Assembly: GCA_051294375.1 (NCBI GenBank)
Contig: JBJCIZ010000552.1
Coordinates: forward strand, 1-18,151
DNA from: Paraspadella gotoi
Lineage: Eukaryota > Animalia > Chaetognatha
Direction: 5' to 3'
DNA length: 18,151 nt
Below are positions 15,990 to 18,151 of this stretch, one piece after another (within the stretch, counting starts at the first letter, position 1; every line of letters starts with the position of its first letter). Below the pieces are notes generated by a model. The model saw nothing but the letters and a program-made list of their open reading frames with translations, was not told where the DNA came from and did not search any database. A program made the translations under genes and the position numbers.

Positions 15990-18149
15990 TTACCACTGAA
16001 TTATCGATTGACCTTGGAATTTTGTGAGTAGGAAAGTGTGTGATTGAACAGGAAACTAAGTTTCGATGGAATCTTTTGAGTGGAAATGAGTTTAATGGAA
16101 AAAACAAAAAACTGTTTCACTATTGATTATGATTCTTTTTCCTTTTATATTAAATGTATAGCAGGCTGTATTAATAAATCAAATAATTAATCAGTTAATT
16201 AATCAATTAGTTAATTATTAATCAGTCAAATAATCTGTCCATCCGTCCCACCTTAGCAAAAAGCTCCAATACTGTGATTGGCTGGTTGGAGTTGAAAGAA
16301 ATTTTGTGTGTGGGTAGGAAAGTGTGTGATAAGCTGGATATAAAGTTTCGACGGAATCGTGTGAGTTTTAAAAGGGAAAAAACATAAGTCGCATTTACTA
16401 AAATATTTTTAATTATTTTAACCAATAAGTTACTTAATTAATCATAATTGGATGGATAGATGAGTGTAATGTGTAAACAATTCTTGATATAAAGTTTCGG
16501 TGGAAAACTAGAGTGAAATGAGTTTAAATTGAAAAAAAATATGAGTACATTAACTTGAATCTTTTTACTTATTTTACCATAATAAATTGAGATGAATTTT
16601 TTGTGAGCGGGTAGGAAGTGTGTGAAGAAGCTAGATATTTAGAAGTTTTGACGGAATAAGTGTGCAGTGGAAATGAGTTTAATGAAAAAACTAGTTACTT
16701 TACTTGAGAAAGAGAGAGAAGAGAGGAGAAAAATGAGCATAGGATCGTCGCAATTGCAAAGAGAGAGAGAGAGAGAGAGAGAGCAGAAATGAGCATAAGG
16801 ATCGTTGCAATTGCAAAGAGAGAGAGAGAGAGAGAGAAAGAAGAGAGAGAGTCCGAAATAAAAACTAGCGAATATAAAAGTTATTTTACTCACTGAATAA
16901 AAATAATAAAATACTTACAAATACATAAAATTGATAATTATTATTCCGATAACATTGTTTAATCACATGCAATTATATCTAGTAAGGCGGGCCAAAATTT
17001 AACACTTTTTTTAACTTCTAGTTCTCTCAAAAAATTTCTTTTCTTCTACTACTAATCGATTTTCATGTAACTTTTTTGAATTGGTTCATTGGGTTGTTGC
17101 ACTGAAGCTTTTTAAATATTTATTAATATATAACAAATAACAAAAAAAAAATTTTAAAAATTTGATTTTTTTAAAACAGGTTCTTGTAGAGCTAAAAGTT
17201 AAATGAAAGTTGAGTACTTATAATTTTTTCAAATTTTGACAATTAAATTGGTTAAAAATAGAAAAAACCTTAAAAAATTATCATCATCATCATTATTGGC
17301 GGAATTTTATTTTTTAAATTTTTCTTAATAAAACAAAAAAATTTAAAAAGTTGTATAATAACTTCATCTAACTTTTAAAGCTCTATCAGAATCTATAAAA
17401 AATTGATAAGCAAAATTTTAAAAATTATTTTCATTTTCATATTATTTAATAGTCGCTTAACCATTAACCATTAACCATTGAGAGAACTTTAGTTTCAACC
17501 TGTTCCGGCCTAATATCTAGTAAGGCGGGCCAAAATGAACACTTTTTATAACTCCTAGTCCTCTATAAATTTTTTTTCCTTTTATTACTAAATCGATTTT
17601 CAATGTAACTTTTGATTTAGTTCATTGGGTTGTTGCACTGAAGCTTTTAAAAATATTTATTAATATATAATAATTATATAAAGTTTTGACGGAATTGTGC
17701 AGTGGAAATGAGTTTAGATGAAAAAAACATAAGTCACATTTACTTGAATCTTTAATATTAATGATTACTAATAAATGTTTTAATTAATTAATAGTTAATT
17801 AATAAATTAATTAATTGTTGAAAAAAATGATGCAAGTTAAAAAAATCTTAAAAGCATAAAGATCGTCGCAATTGCATAAAAAGAGAGAGAGAGAGAGAGA
17901 GAGAGAAGAGAGTGAGAGAGACAGACAAGGAGACATAAAATAAAATAAAGGATATTTGTTTGTTTTGATAAAATGTAAAAAAACATATTTAATAACTGTC
18001 CTAACCCAATTTTAAAAACATCGATGATGATAAGTTGAATATAATTTAAAATTAATTATTTACATATTAAAATTAATTAATTAATTATTTAATCGATTAA
18101 TTAATTAATTATCGTAGGCAGATCCGACATTGTTTTGCTCAAACTTGTT
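15990..18149 (+). mobile_element. HINE family A, 5'-truncated body and 3' end, with unrelated sequence at ~16860-17675
   Basis: 16005-16690 is colinear with 6775-7470 and 17815-18149 is colinear with 7495-7700 plus 10955-11029. 3' subTIR at 18118-18128. Confidence 0.8.
16975..17670 (+). repeat. ~160-bp direct repeat (16975-17132 / 17513-17670)
   Basis: atatctagtaaggcgggccaaaat..gttcattgggttgttgcactgaagctttt..tttattaatatataa occurs twice. Confidence 0.85.
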
Positions 18150-18151
18150 AT

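Overview
AT-rich eukaryotic (probably invertebrate animal) repeat nest with no host gene. The only real coding sequence is a frameshifted, 5'-truncated Penelope-like retroelement (PLE; RT plus GIY-YIG endonuclease, Penelope/Poseidon-type) on the minus strand at ~7707-10947, flanked by a 14-bp target-site duplication (TSD). Four shorter PLE relics are at ~245-1815, ~4460-5760, ~12125-12245 and ~12810-13160. Together the five copies carry six minimal type I hammerhead ribozymes (HHR), one of them intact (7798-7839, minus). The PLEs sit in a Russian-doll stack. An outer Helentron-associated non-autonomous element (HINE/DINE-1-like) was hit by an ~11-kb long-TIR element with an 8-bp TSD (29-11119). 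The right TIR of that element was split by a second HINE copy (6416-11029), which was in turn hit by the long PLE. A hAT-type MITE (11224-12413), a second putative HINE family, tRNA-like SINE heads and a minisatellite make up the rest. Most interesting points: the PLE's inverted 5' segment starts at the ribozyme cleavage site; the RT catalytic motif is KADD instead of YxDD; and a C-terminal extension after the GIY-YIG domain shows many synonymous changes across three copies. All alignments were done by eye and boundaries are approximate.
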